NCBI GenBank assembly: GCA_021780215.1
Contig: JAJXZD010000174.1
Coordinates: 3,286-67,285 of the forward strand
Reading direction: 5' to 3'
Source of the DNA: Acidobacteriota bacterium
GTDB taxonomy: Bacteria > Acidobacteriota > Terriglobia > Acidiferrales > UBA7541
Length of the DNA stretch: 64,000 bases
Below, one piece after another: positions 1 to 9,253 of the stretch. The number at the start of each line of letters is the position of its first letter. The first letter of the stretch is position 1. A model generated the notes under the pieces. It worked only from the letters and a program-made list of their open reading frames with translations. It did no database searches and was not told where the DNA came from. The translations under genes and the position numbers were made by a program.

Positions 1-369
1 TCCGGAAACGGGTGCGTCCATCATTTCCGCACCCGCTTCCCGTACGCGCTCTGCCAAGGCCCGGCTGGCCGCAGGGCTGATCGTGCTCATATCAAGGAGT
101 ACGGATCCCGGGCGCAAGCCGGCAAGCAGGCCATCGGGACCGTCGGCAATGGCAGAGAGCGCCGCTGCGTCCGAAACCATGGTGAAGACAATGCCGGCTG
201 CTGCGGCGAGGGATCGAGGCGTGTCGGCCCAGCGCATGCCTTTCTCAACGAGCCACCGGGCCTTTGCAGCGGTGCGGTTGTAGCCGGTAACCGTATGTCC
301 CTTGTCGAGCAACCGGCTGACCATCTGGCTGCCCATCACCCCCAGGCCGGCAAATGCGAGATCCGTCAT
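1..369 (-). CDS. NAD(P)-binding beta-hydroxyacid (3-hydroxyisobutyrate/6-phosphogluconate-like) dehydrogenase, N-terminal part; the gene runs off the window edge
   Basis: Not in the ORF track because there is no stop in the window. My own translation of the minus strand from the ATG at 369-367 gives MTDLAFAGLGVMGSQMVSRLLDKGHTVTGYNRTAAKARWLVEK. This places a Rossmann GxGxxG at the extreme N-terminus, as in MmsB/Gnd-like enzymes. Confidence 0.7.
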   Translation of the reverse strand, partial: MTDLAFAGLGVMGSQMVSRLLDKGHTVTGYNRTAAKARWLVEKGMRWADTPRSLAAAAGIVFTMVSDAAALSAIADGPDGLLAGLRPGSVLLDMSTISPAASRALAERVREAGAEMMDAPVSG

Positions 370-486
370 GGTAACGCTCCCTTCGCGAATCCCTCGCGAT
401 TCGGCGCATGATCCCACGAATGTTCGCGGAGTGTACAGGAGACGATGGCCTGAAAAATGGGAGCCTCGCGCAGGGCGCGCGTCCGG

Positions 487-828
487 TCAGGTCCGGTTGT
501 GCCGGTAGAAGCCGTAGAAGCTGAGCCCCAGCCCCGCCAGGAACAGGAGCGGGGTCAGGTAAGTCGTAATCAGCGGGGTGACGAACACCGGCATTGCAAT
601 GGGCCCGCTGTAGCCGCCCGCGAAATACTGGATTACCGCGGCCAGGAGCATGCATAGCAGCCCCCGGCGGATCTGGCGGCCTCCCGTTGCCGGAAACCGC
701 TTCTTCTCATGGACGGGCATGATGACCGGCGGTGCAGGCCCGGTCGGCAGCGCTTCCCGGCAGAAGGGACATTGCCTAAGAAGGTCCGAAATCGACTTTC
801 CACAAAAAGGGCACTCGCGTGCAGGCAT
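487..828 (-). CDS. Small membrane protein with an N-terminal zinc-ribbon
   Basis: 113-aa ORF. CPFC-X10-CPFC at the N-terminus is followed by two hydrophobic stretches (LLCMLLAAVIQYFAGG and LTPLLFLAGLGLSFYGF). I recognise no family. Confidence 0.45.
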   Translation of the reverse strand: MPARECPFCGKSISDLLRQCPFCREALPTGPAPPVIMPVHEKKRFPATGGRQIRRGLLCMLLAAVIQYFAGGYSGPIAMPVFVTPLITTYLTPLLFLAGLGLSFYGFYRHNRT

Positions 829-1034
829 CCCCGGACTCCTTGATTCATGCTAGGCGGCGCCGGCAGGCGGTGTCAAATCGCAGCGGTCAGAAGGTAAACA
901 GCCGTCACCCGTTGCCTGGCCCTGGCACCCATTGTATGAACACCCGGCGAGGGGAATAGTTCTTGGGCTTCGACAAGGCCTGAAGCAGCAGGCCATTGCG
1001 CGTGCTTCCGGAGTGGAAATTGTCCTCTAACCGC

Positions 1035-1499
1035 TCATTTGGCTTGAAGGGACTTGAGATAGTTCGTCAGGCGGCTGATGCGCAGGGAAACCTCGGCCCC
1101 GTCCGGTTTCTCCTGTGCTTGAAAAATCGTGCCCCATACGGGCATTTCCGCGGGGCCGTGGTTGGGGAGTCTAATCCCGCTGCGCAGGACCTGCTCCACG
1201 TACTCTTGCGGGAATTTTCCGCCGTGGCGGCGGGCCAGGGTGGTCAGGTCGGGCGGCATTTCCGTAAAAGGAGATGACGCGGGAGGGGGGCCGTTTCCTT
1301 TGCCGTCGTTTCCGTGGCACACCGCGCAATGTCTCTTGTAGAGTTCCGCACCGGAGAGGGCGGCGGCAGGGGACTTTTTCTTCGGCGTGTTTTTCTGCGC
1401 GGCCAGGGAAATGGCTGCCGCCGGGATCACGGTCAAGCAGATAGCCAGGGCGCCAATCGCTCGGATCCGTAGACGGGTTTTCCTGTTCGCTCTCGGCAT
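1035..1499 (-). CDS. Secreted mono-haem c-type cytochrome
   Basis: 154 aa with a signal-peptide-like N-terminus, a single CAVCHG haem motif and a distal Met region (PAEMPVWG). Confidence 0.8.
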   Translation of the reverse strand: MPRANRKTRLRIRAIGALAICLTVIPAAAISLAAQKNTPKKKSPAAALSGAELYKRHCAVCHGNDGKGNGPPPASSPFTEMPPDLTTLARRHGGKFPQEYVEQVLRSGIRLPNHGPAEMPVWGTIFQAQEKPDGAEVSLRISRLTNYLKSLQAK

Positions 1500-1608
1500 G
1501 GCTCTCTGCGTATGCGAAGTATCTCCCCGAAAAGTCCTGACCCATGTCCGGTAAAGCCATCGGGCTCTTTCCCCCAGGCGACGAAATCGAGCACGAAGGA
1601 CTACAATA

Positions 1609-3819
1609 GTGAATCAGATGGACCCGGCAATCAATCCCATGGTAGTCCACGGCGCCCGCCGCGCCGTGGACTTGCGCTTTGTCGAGCTGATGGACAAGGT
1701 GCGCCGCAACCGTCCGGGCGACGACCTGGGGCTTCTTCGCCGCGCCTATGATTTTGCCGCCGAGCAGCACAAATCCCAGCTGCGACTTTCCGGCGAGCCT
1801 TATCTCTCTCACCCCGTGGAAGTGGCGCACATTCTGGCGGACATGAAGCTGGATGTGACCTCGCTTTGCGCCGCTCTGCTTCACGATGTCGTCGAAGACA
1901 CCAAGATGCCGATCGAGCGGATTGCCGAGCAGTTCGGCCCGGATGTTGCCCGGCTGGTCGAGGGAGTGACCAAGATCAGCCGGCTCGATCTGCTGGCTCC
2001 GGAAGCGCGCCAGGCGGAAAACGTCCGCAAGATGCTGCTGGCCATGGTCAACGACGTGCGCGTGGTGATGGTGAAGCTCGCGGACCGCCTGCACAATATG
2101 CGCACGCTCGAATATCTCGACTCCGAACGCCAGCAGCGCATCGCGCGCGAGACCCTCGACATTTATGCCCCGGTCGCCAACCGGCTTGGCATGGGCCTGA
2201 TTCGCGGCGAACTGGAGGACATGGCCTTTCGCTATCTCGAGCCGGAGGCTTACTTCGAGCTGCAGAAAAAAGTCGCTTCGAAACAGAAGGTCTTCGACAA
2301 ATTTCTCGAGGAAGTGCAGAGCACCATCCGCGAGCGCATGATCGAAAGCGGCATCCCCGCCGAGGTGCAAGGACGCGTCAAGCGCCTGTATTCGCTCCAC
2401 CTCAAGATCCAGAAGCAGCAACGGATGCTCGACCAGATCTACGACCTGCTGGCCGTGCGGGTCATCACCGATACGGTGAAGAACTGCTACGCCGCGCTCG
2501 GCGTCATTCATCAGATTTGGCGTCCCGTGCCCGGGCGGTTCAAGGACTACATTGCCATGCCGCGGCCCAACCTCTACCAGTCCCTGCACACGGCCGTGAT
2601 CCATGCCGGCCAGCCTTTCGAGGTGCAGATCCGGACGCAGGAGATGCACCGCATTGCCGAGCAGGGCGTTGCGGCCCATTGGAAGTACAAGGATGGCGGT
2701 GGCGCGGCGTCCTCCAGCGACGACCAGCGCATCGTCTGGATGCGCCAGTTGATCGAGTGGGTGCAGGAGATGCAGGAGCCGAGCGAGTTTCTCTCGACGC
2801 TGCGCGTGGACCTGTATCCCGAGGAGGTTTATACGTTCACGCCCAAGGGGCGCGTGGTTGTGTTGCCGCGCGGAGCGACCCCCGTGGACTTTGCCTATGC
2901 CGTGCACACCGAGGTGGGCCACCAGTGTGCGGGGGCTAAGGTCAACGGTGAAATGGTCCCGTTGCGGCACGTCCTGGCCAACGGTGACGTGGTGGAAATC
3001 GTCACGCAAAAGGACCATCGGCCTTCGCGCGACTGGCTCTCGCTGGTACACACGTCGCGCGCGCGCACCAAAATCCGGCAGTGGATCCACCTGCACGAAC
3101 GCGAGGAGGCCACCGAAGTCGGCCGGCGCCTCCTTGAAAAGGAAGCCCGGCAGGCCGGCCTGAGCCTGAAGAGAATCTCGAACGAAGACTGGCAGCGCGT
3201 GGCCTCCGACTACGGCTGCTCGAAGGTGGAGGACCTCTACGCGGAGCTTGGCTACGGCAAATGGTCCGCGCGGCAGGCGCTGGCCAAGGCCACGGGGCAG
3301 CCGCTGGGAGAGGCGGCCGAGGAAAAGCACCGTCCCCTGGCTTCGTCCGTCAAGCATCTGCTCGGGATGGACGACGCGGCGATCGTGGTGCGCGGGCATG
3401 GTGACCTGATGGTCTACCGATCCAAGTGCTGCAACCCTATACCCGGTGACGATATTATCGGCTATGTCACGCGAGGACGGGGAATCGCGGTGCACAGCAA
3501 GAAGTGCCCCAACGTGGAAAACCTTCTCTACGAGCCGGAGCGGCGCATTCCGGTGGAATGGGCGGGTGGCGGCCGGGCCACATTCCCCGTGCGACTGCGT
3601 ATTTTCACCGAGGACCGCCCTGGCATGCTCGCCGCAATTACCAGCGTCATCAGCGAGGCGGGCGCCAATATCCGCACCTTCGAGAGCGGCGGCGTGGACA
3701 TCCGCGCGCGAATCGAGGTGGCACTCGACGTCCGCGACCGCAAGCAGCTTGAGCAGATCCTTTCGGGAGTCAGACGCATCCGGGGGGTATTCGATATCGA
3801 GCGCGTCTACAACGTCTAG
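1609..3819 (+). CDS. rel: Bifunctional (p)ppGpp synthetase/hydrolase, RelA/SpoT homologue family
   Basis: 736 aa. It has the HD hydrolase motif HDVVEDT, the synthetase region YIAMPRPNLYQSLHT, a TGS-like middle region and an ACT-like C-terminus. Confidence 0.95.
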   Translation: MNQMDPAINPMVVHGARRAVDLRFVELMDKVRRNRPGDDLGLLRRAYDFAAEQHKSQLRLSGEPYLSHPVEVAHILADMKLDVTSLCAALLHDVVEDTKMPIERIAEQFGPDVARLVEGVTKISRLDLLAPEARQAENVRKMLLAMVNDVRVVMVKLADRLHNMRTLEYLDSERQQRIARETLDIYAPVANRLGMGLIRGELEDMAFRYLEPEAYFELQKKVASKQKVFDKFLEEVQSTIRERMIESGIPAEVQGRVKRLYSLHLKIQKQQRMLDQIYDLLAVRVITDTVKNCYAALGVIHQIWRPVPGRFKDYIAMPRPNLYQSLHTAVIHAGQPFEVQIRTQEMHRIAEQGVAAHWKYKDGGGAASSSDDQRIVWMRQLIEWVQEMQEPSEFLSTLRVDLYPEEVYTFTPKGRVVVLPRGATPVDFAYAVHTEVGHQCAGAKVNGEMVPLRHVLANGDVVEIVTQKDHRPSRDWLSLVHTSRARTKIRQWIHLHEREEATEVGRRLLEKEARQAGLSLKRISNEDWQRVASDYGCSKVEDLYAELGYGKWSARQALAKATGQPLGEAAEEKHRPLASSVKHLLGMDDAAIVVRGHGDLMVYRSKCCNPIPGDDIIGYVTRGRGIAVHSKKCPNVENLLYEPERRIPVEWAGGGRATFPVRLRIFTEDRPGMLAAITSVISEAGANIRTFESGGVDIRARIEVALDVRDRKQLEQILSGVRRIRGVFDIERVYNV

Positions 3820-3890
3820 CGCTCCCGCTCGCCCGTGTCATTTGGGCTACATGAACTGTGGCGGCACGGCCCTTGGCGTACAATTTTTGT

Positions 3891-4556
3891 ATGCGGGCTA
3901 TCCGCGCACGCGCGCTCTCCTCGGCACGCCCTTCAGGTTGGGCTGCCCTTCTTGCATTCCGCGGCGCTTGGATGACTTGCTTGCTGGGCTTGGCCCTCTC
4001 CGCTGCTGGATGCCGCCACATTGCGCCGGTGGACACCGCTCCCCTTGACGCCATCGGCATGGGCTACGACGCAATTCAACAATTGCATGCGCTGCAAATC
4101 ACCCCTGCAGAGGTGGCGCAGATCGCCGAGATTCGCCGCACAGGTTTTTCCGACGACGATTGCATCGCCGTGATGAAAATTTACCGGCGGCACGGCGCTC
4201 CTTTTGATGGCGGCGATGCGATGACTGGCCTGGCGCAAGCCGGGATGGGCGACGATGACATCCTCGAGCTGGCCCGGCTGAATCAGCTTGGACTCGACTG
4301 GGGCGAGCTTCAGGCCATGCGCTTGGCCGGCCTCTCCGATCCCATCGTGCTCGAGGTGGCGCGCCACCATGCCGAGGGCAAGCCCGTCTTGGCCGGTGCC
4401 TCTCTTGCACGGCTGAAGAATGCCGGTATGCACAACGGGGCTCTACTGGATCTCGTGCAACACGGTGTTCCGGACTCGCAGGCCGCCGCAATCCTCTCCT
4501 ATCGCCGTCATGGGGTGAGCGATGCTCAAATCGTGCGCCACTTCACCGGCTCCTGA
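3891..4556 (+). CDS. Putative lipoprotein built from about five short helical repeats
   Basis: Lies inside ORF 3858-4556. The Met at 3891 gives a charged N-terminus, a hydrophobic core and the lipobox-like LSAAGC. The mature part repeats a pattern such as RRTGFSDDDCIAVMKIYRRHG / AQAGMGDDDILELARLNQLG / RLAGLSDPIVLEVARHHAEG. Confidence 0.5.
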   Translation: MRAIRARALSSARPSGWAALLAFRGAWMTCLLGLALSAAGCRHIAPVDTAPLDAIGMGYDAIQQLHALQITPAEVAQIAEIRRTGFSDDDCIAVMKIYRRHGAPFDGGDAMTGLAQAGMGDDDILELARLNQLGLDWGELQAMRLAGLSDPIVLEVARHHAEGKPVLAGASLARLKNAGMHNGALLDLVQHGVPDSQAAAILSYRRHGVSDAQIVRHFTGS

Positions 4557-4696
4557 ACCTTTCCGGAAGAGGCTGCCCGGGCCGGAAGCAGCGGTAAGCG
4601 GCTACTATCCCGGATCGCAGCCGGCCCGGGGTGCTTTCTAAAAAATCCTCTTTCCGGCTTTCGTACCTTGCTGGGTATCGGTAAAATCTCGATATC

Positions 4697-6178
4697 TTGA
4701 GCCGCACGATCTCCTGCTCGCTTGTCGCCGCCCTTGCTGCCACCGTAATCCTGTGCGCCTCTGCGTGCGCTGTCCCCTTGGCCCCGGCATATCGCATTGC
4801 GCGGGAGTCGCGCGAGGTTCGGTTCGTTTCAGGCGAAGTTCCATCGCTCGAGATCCGCTCTGAATTCAAGCTGGAAAATACAGGAACTACGGAGCTGCCC
4901 CTTCTCGATGTGGCTTTGCCGAAGGAGGAAATCTACGGCCGCAAGAATCTTCGCGTTCAGGTCAACGGCCGCACGATTGCGTCGGCGCCTCCATCTGCTG
5001 AGAAACCTCCGGAAGACGCTGACGTCGTGCGTATTCCGCTCGATCCACCCTGGAAGCGCAAGCAGGCCTTGACACTGGCGATTGCCTACACGCTGAGTGC
5101 GCCGCTTGATTCCGGGGCGCGGATTACCATCGGGCAAAACGAGTTCCATCTCGGCTGGCGCGGCTGGGCAGCGCGCCCGCTGCCCCCGAAGCATTTCATT
5201 GCGCCGTACCCCGGGCGGCCGGCCCGGATTCTTTGCGTGTATCGAGTTCCCACGGACTTTGCCGTACTATCCCGCGGCGCGTTCAAGGGCCGAAAAGTGC
5301 GGGGTAGCGAAGCGGAATACCTCTACGAGGTGAGGAAGAGCTCGCTCGCGCCTTTCGTCGTTGCCGGCAAGTACATCCAGTGGCCTCCCCGGAAGACGCC
5401 GCATATTCCCGTCTTTTGGACGAGAGATCCGCTCCCCACGGATCCCAGGCCGGTGGCGCAGCAGATTGCAGCGGCGTGGACTGCGCTCGAAAATGACTTT
5501 GGCTCGCTCGGCGCCGGGACAGCCGTTCCGCACATCGTCGAGGCGCCCGAATTGCGCGGGCATCTGGGGGGGCAGGCAGGTCCGGCTGCGGCGGCCTTTC
5601 CGGGGGGCGCGCTGGTCAATTCCCAGGCGCTGGCGCTGGGAATTTCCAGCGACCAATTTCTCGCCTTGGTGACACACGCGTTGGCGCACAACTGGTTTGG
5701 GGAAGAAATGTATCCGAGCGCAGATGCCTTCATTGGCATGGGCGAAGGCCTACCAGAATATGCCACGATTGTGGTGGACGAAACGCAGAACGGCTCCGCC
5801 GCGCGGCTGAGGCGAATTCACGAATATTTGCGCCGCTATGACGAGGCTGCGAAGCATGCCACGGAGATTCCCCTTGGCGTCATACGGCCCACGGATCCTG
5901 CCGGCGCGCGCCGCATTGCTCTGGCCAAGGCTCCTCTCTTTTTCATCGCTATCGAGGATGCTTGCGGCGAGGCTCCGGTTCGTGCCGGGTTGGCGCGCCT
6001 CGCGGTGACGCTGCGCGGACAGCAGGTAGACTACTCCGCGCTGCGCGCCGCGCTCGAGCAATCCACCGGCAGGGAACTGGGAAAACTATTTCGTGGGTGG
6101 CTCTATGGCACCGGCATTCCCGCCCATTTCCGCGACCGCTATCCTCTCGCCAGCGGCACGGAAGAGACAGGGGAATAG
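4697..6178 (+). CDS. M1 (aminopeptidase N-like) family homologue lacking both catalytic glutamates; probable pseudo-peptidase, secreted or lipoprotein
   Basis: 493 aa with a TTG start and a signal-like N-terminus. The region [13 protein letters not shown]12-GEGLPEY aligns by eye with the M1 signature HExxHxWFG-X18-E. GGALVN occupies the GAMEN position. Confidence 0.6.
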   Translation: MSRTISCSLVAALAATVILCASACAVPLAPAYRIARESREVRFVSGEVPSLEIRSEFKLENTGTTELPLLDVALPKEEIYGRKNLRVQVNGRTIASAPPSAEKPPEDADVVRIPLDPPWKRKQALTLAIAYTLSAPLDSGARITIGQNEFHLGWRGWAARPLPPKHFIAPYPGRPARILCVYRVPTDFAVLSRGAFKGRKVRGSEAEYLYEVRKSSLAPFVVAGKYIQWPPRKTPHIPVFWTRDPLPTDPRPVAQQIAAAWTALENDFGSLGAGTAVPHIVEAPELRGHLGGQAGPAAAAFPGGALVNSQALALGISSDQFLALVTHALAHNWFGEEMYPSADAFIGMGEGLPEYATIVVDETQNGSAARLRRIHEYLRRYDEAAKHATEIPLGVIRPTDPAGARRIALAKAPLFFIAIEDACGEAPVRAGLARLAVTLRGQQVDYSALRAALEQSTGRELGKLFRGWLYGTGIPAHFRDRYPLASGTEETGE

Positions 6179-6284
6179 TTGCACGGGAGCACCGGCTCGC
6201 AGGGGCGGTTCGTGGTGCAGCTCGGCAATGAGCGGAAATGATTTTTTCGCGCAAGAGATTATCATCTCTTTTCGGGGAGGCGGC

Positions 6285-6662
6285 ATGAGGGAAATTATCG
6301 CAACGGAAAAGGGGCCGAAGGCCATTGGGCCGTATTCGCAGGCGGTCAAGGCGGGCGGATTCATCTTCACGGCGGGCCAGGTGGCGTTCGATCCGGCGAC
6401 GGGAAATCTTGTGGAGGGCGAAGTGGCCGTTCAGACGGCGCGCGTGCTCGACAATCTAAAGGCCATCGTGGAAGCGGCCGGCTCGTCGCTCGACCGGGCC
6501 GTGAAGGCGACGGTCTATCTGAAGGACATGAACGATTTTGCCGCGATGAACGAGGTGTATGCGCGCTATTTCCCGGCCAAGCCCCCCGCGCGGTCGACGG
6601 TGGAAGCGGCGCGGCTGCCGCGCGACGTCCGTGTCGAAATTGACCTCATTGTCCTGGCATAG
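6285..6662 (+). CDS. ridA: RidA/YjgF-family reactive enamine/imine deaminase
   Basis: Internal ATG at 6285 of ORF 6093-6662, preceded by GGGGAGG. The sequence [37 protein letters not shown] is the typical RidA N-terminus. The product is 125 aa. Confidence 0.9.
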   Translation: MREIIATEKGPKAIGPYSQAVKAGGFIFTAGQVAFDPATGNLVEGEVAVQTARVLDNLKAIVEAAGSSLDRAVKATVYLKDMNDFAAMNEVYARYFPAKPPARSTVEAARLPRDVRVEIDLIVLA

Positions 6663-6701
6663 AGCGCGGCCGTTTCGAGCGATGCGGATATTTGGAAACT
6701 T

Positions 6702-6727
6702 CCCGCCGGCTGTGAATCCGGTGCGGG
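6702..6727. terminator. Imperfect GC-rich hairpin between the convergent ridA and polB-like genes; possible bidirectional terminator
   Basis: The sequence CCCGCCGG-ctgtgaat-CCGGTGCGGG forms a stem with one bulge. It sits in the 69-nt gap between two convergent stop codons. There is no clear U-tract. Confidence 0.3.
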
Positions 6728-6731
6728 AGGG

Positions 6732-8996
6732 CTAGCTGTCGGCGGGGAAAAGCAAGGTTTGCCGGGGCGCGTCAGCCGGATGGATTCTCATGCACGGCGC
6801 GCGAGGCGTGATCCGGGAAAGTTCGCGGGAGCCGCACTCCAGCGACTGAAAAGCTTCCAGCAGCAGATCGCTGTATTTCTGGCGATCGTAGCTATGCCAC
6901 CCCTCCCATAGCGCGTAAGCCCGCACACGATCATTCGGAACGCTGGCGCCGGCCTGGGTGATGATGTACTCGACCGTCTGTCCCGGGCGGAGCCGGACGC
7001 CGCTGCCATAGAGCTGTTGCGCCGCGATGGCGGTGAGGGCGGCTTTCTGATACTCGCGCGGCGGGCGGGTCAGGCGCTTGCGGATGATCAAGTCCTCGAT
7101 GGCGACGTTTCCTTCGCGGAGGCATTCCAGATAGCGGGCCAGGACTGCGCGGGCCATCTCCAGTTTCCGCGCGTAGCTTTCCCCGTCGTGTGCGCCGGAG
7201 AGAATGGCCAGCGCTTCGTTTTGCATCCGGGCCACCAACGGCGGCGTGTCGTGGCGGCGCAATTCCAGCCCGCGGACTTTCATCGCGCCATCCTCGCCGG
7301 CGCAAAAAAAACGGTTCGGCACCGGCACATCGTCGAATTGCCGCGAAGGAAGAAACACGACGTAGCGATAGAGCGCTTCGAGTGCGATGGGCAGTTGCGT
7401 GGATGCGGTGATCTCCGCGGCGAGCGCTTCATAGTCGGCGCGGGTCGCGCCCGCCTTCCGCACATAGAGGGAGTCCACCAGGGCGTGCAGGATCTCATAG
7501 CCCTGGGCTTCGGCCTGTTCCTTGGCGGAAAGCAGCGTTTCGCGGGCGATGGCGTTGATGGCCTCGTGAGCCTCGATCTTTCCAAAGCGCGCGTTTTTGT
7601 ATCCGGTATAGCCGAAGCAGCAGACCAGGAGCCATTTGAGCGCGTCGCGCTGCAGGGTGTGCCGCTGCGCCAGTTTGGGAGAAGCGCTGCGCTGGCGGCG
7701 TTTCAGCTCGATCCGCTTGGCGATCAGCCGCTCCACCACGCGGCTAGTGATGCCGCGCCTCTTCTGGCAGACGCGGTAGCCCAGCTCCGGAACGCGGGGC
7801 GCATCGGGACAGCAGGGGCAATTCACGGTTTCCGGTGAGATGTTGAAGCGCGCCATGATGAACGGATACTCGCTGATGAAGTCCAGCTCGGCGACATTGT
7901 CGAAAAAGCCGAGCCGGGGCGTGAACACCAGGCCGCCGCGGTCCGCGCAGAGAAGTTCATCCGGTGATTTCAGATCTTCCGGCTCGGCCTTTTGCGCCGG
8001 GATGAGCACGCCATCGCGCCAGGCGAGCTCCATCTGCATATAGGAGATGCCGGTTCCCGTGGTGGTCCTGGCCGCGTATTGCACCGGAAGCTTGGTGACG
8101 CGGGCAAGCTCCCAAAGCCCTGCCAGCTCGCATTTATCGGCGATGAACGAATTGGCGCTGTCCACGTGCAAGCGGCCAAAAAGCGTGGTGGCGGAGCCTT
8201 TGAACAAAATGCGCCCGTAGCTCATGAAACTCCGCGCGCGGCTGCGCTGCACCGCCAAGTCGTCGCGGTTCAGACGGAGCGGGATGCGCCGTCTATCGGC
8301 CTGCTGGAGCAGAAGCGGCAGGATGGTGGAGTCGCCCCAGGCGGTGAGGAGCAGGTCGGGATCATAGCGTTTTATCAGTCGGGCAAACGCATCGGCGGCG
8401 GGCACGTCGGCGTCGTCCAGGACGTGTACTTCGCCTTCCGCTTCCACCTCCAAGGCGCCGCGCGGGCCGTGTTCGGGATTGACGCGCGTGCGTCCCGCGA
8501 TGCGCGCCTGCAGGATGCGCAGCGGCGGCAGCTCATAATCGAGCGCCCAGGGATCATCCCTGCAGGCCAGCGCCACAACGCGACGATCTTCCGTGGCCTC
8601 CGCCTCGACGCGCGCCAGGGGGAAGACGCCCTTTTCCCAGCAGTAGAGTGTTGCCAGCAGCAGGTCGGAGTTATACAGGCGGGCTTCCGGATTCATACGC
8701 TGCGCGGCGCGCACAGCGGCTGGAAAGCAGAGCGGCTCGTGAACGGCCACCTCGAGAACTGGCAGCGGTTTTGCCTGCCAGAGATCCCTGCGCTCCGTCA
8801 GGCGGCAATTGGCGCGGAATTGTGAGCCAATCTGATGCGCGAGGCGCCGCATGGCGGCTTCCTCCGCGTGGGCATAGAAAGCGGGACGAAATGAAGCATC
8901 CACCAGCTTGTGCGTGCTTTGGTCGGGCGCGAGCAGCCAGAGCGCCATACCCCGCGGACAGGGATAACAATCCAGGATCCATCCGTCAATCCGCAC
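6732..8996 (-). CDS. Divergent family-B DNA polymerase (PolB) with a C-terminal clamp-binding-like motif
   Basis: 754 aa. Motif A is LDFISEYPFIMARFNISPET (compare DxxSLYPS..NxSPDT). Motif B is KWLLVCCFGYTGY (compare KxxxNSxYG). Motif C is HALVDSLYV (compare YxDTDS). RGLELRRHD matches RGxExxRRD. The C-terminus reads QTLLFPADS. The gene overlaps the upstream gene by 11 nt. Confidence 0.9.
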   Translation of the reverse strand: MRIDGWILDCYPCPRGMALWLLAPDQSTHKLVDASFRPAFYAHAEEAAMRRLAHQIGSQFRANCRLTERRDLWQAKPLPVLEVAVHEPLCFPAAVRAAQRMNPEARLYNSDLLLATLYCWEKGVFPLARVEAEATEDRRVVALACRDDPWALDYELPPLRILQARIAGRTRVNPEHGPRGALEVEAEGEVHVLDDADVPAADAFARLIKRYDPDLLLTAWGDSTILPLLLQQADRRRIPLRLNRDDLAVQRSRARSFMSYGRILFKGSATTLFGRLHVDSANSFIADKCELAGLWELARVTKLPVQYAARTTTGTGISYMQMELAWRDGVLIPAQKAEPEDLKSPDELLCADRGGLVFTPRLGFFDNVAELDFISEYPFIMARFNISPETVNCPCCPDAPRVPELGYRVCQKRRGITSRVVERLIAKRIELKRRQRSASPKLAQRHTLQRDALKWLLVCCFGYTGYKNARFGKIEAHEAINAIARETLLSAKEQAEAQGYEILHALVDSLYVRKAGATRADYEALAAEITASTQLPIALEALYRYVVFLPSRQFDDVPVPNRFFCAGEDGAMKVRGLELRRHDTPPLVARMQNEALAILSGAHDGESYARKLEMARAVLARYLECLREGNVAIEDLIIRKRLTRPPREYQKAALTAIAAQQLYGSGVRLRPGQTVEYIITQAGASVPNDRVRAYALWEGWHSYDRQKYSDLLLEAFQSLECGSRELSRITPRAPCMRIHPADAPRQTLLFPADS

Positions 8997-9252
8997 TGGA
9001 ATTGCCCTCGCCGCGCAGCAGCCTTTCGATCATGGCCAGGCGCTTTTCCTGATCGAGCGCAATCGCGAGCAGGGTCGCCTCCATTGGATTATCGCTGCAC
9101 TGATAAGTTGCCGCCTGGGTATAGCTGCGAACACGCAGAAAAAGGCGGTCGAAATATTCCTGGTCTTCCCGCCGCAGCGCGCGGCGAAACTTCGCCCAGT
9201 GCTGCGCGGTTTCCTCGACGAGCTGGCAAAACGTGGGAAGCGTGCGGCCCAT
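8986..9252 (-). CDS. 88-aa predicted helical protein of unknown family, middle gene of the PolB operon
   Basis: Begins MGRTLPTFCQLVEETAQHWAKFRRALRREDQEYFDRLF. Its ATG (9252-9250) lies one nucleotide after the TGA of the upstream reading frame (TGAcATG). Its 3' end overlaps the PolB start. In the ORF track it is hidden inside the 289-aa ORF 8986-9855. Confidence 0.6.
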   Translation of the reverse strand: MGRTLPTFCQLVEETAQHWAKFRRALRREDQEYFDRLFLRVRSYTQAATYQCSDNPMEATLLAIALDQEKRLAMIERLLRGEGNSSAD

Positions 9253-9253
9253 G

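Noticed and set aside
923-937. Sigma54-like TGGCAC-N5 element.
   Set aside because: The -12 region reads GTAT instead of TTGC, and no plus-strand gene lies downstream.
1171-3495. 774-aa minus-strand ORF opposite rel/spoT.
   Set aside because: It is an antisense shadow ORF in GC-rich DNA. Its composition is Arg/Gly/Pro/His-rich with no motifs. The plus-strand frame encodes an unmistakable RelA/SpoT protein.
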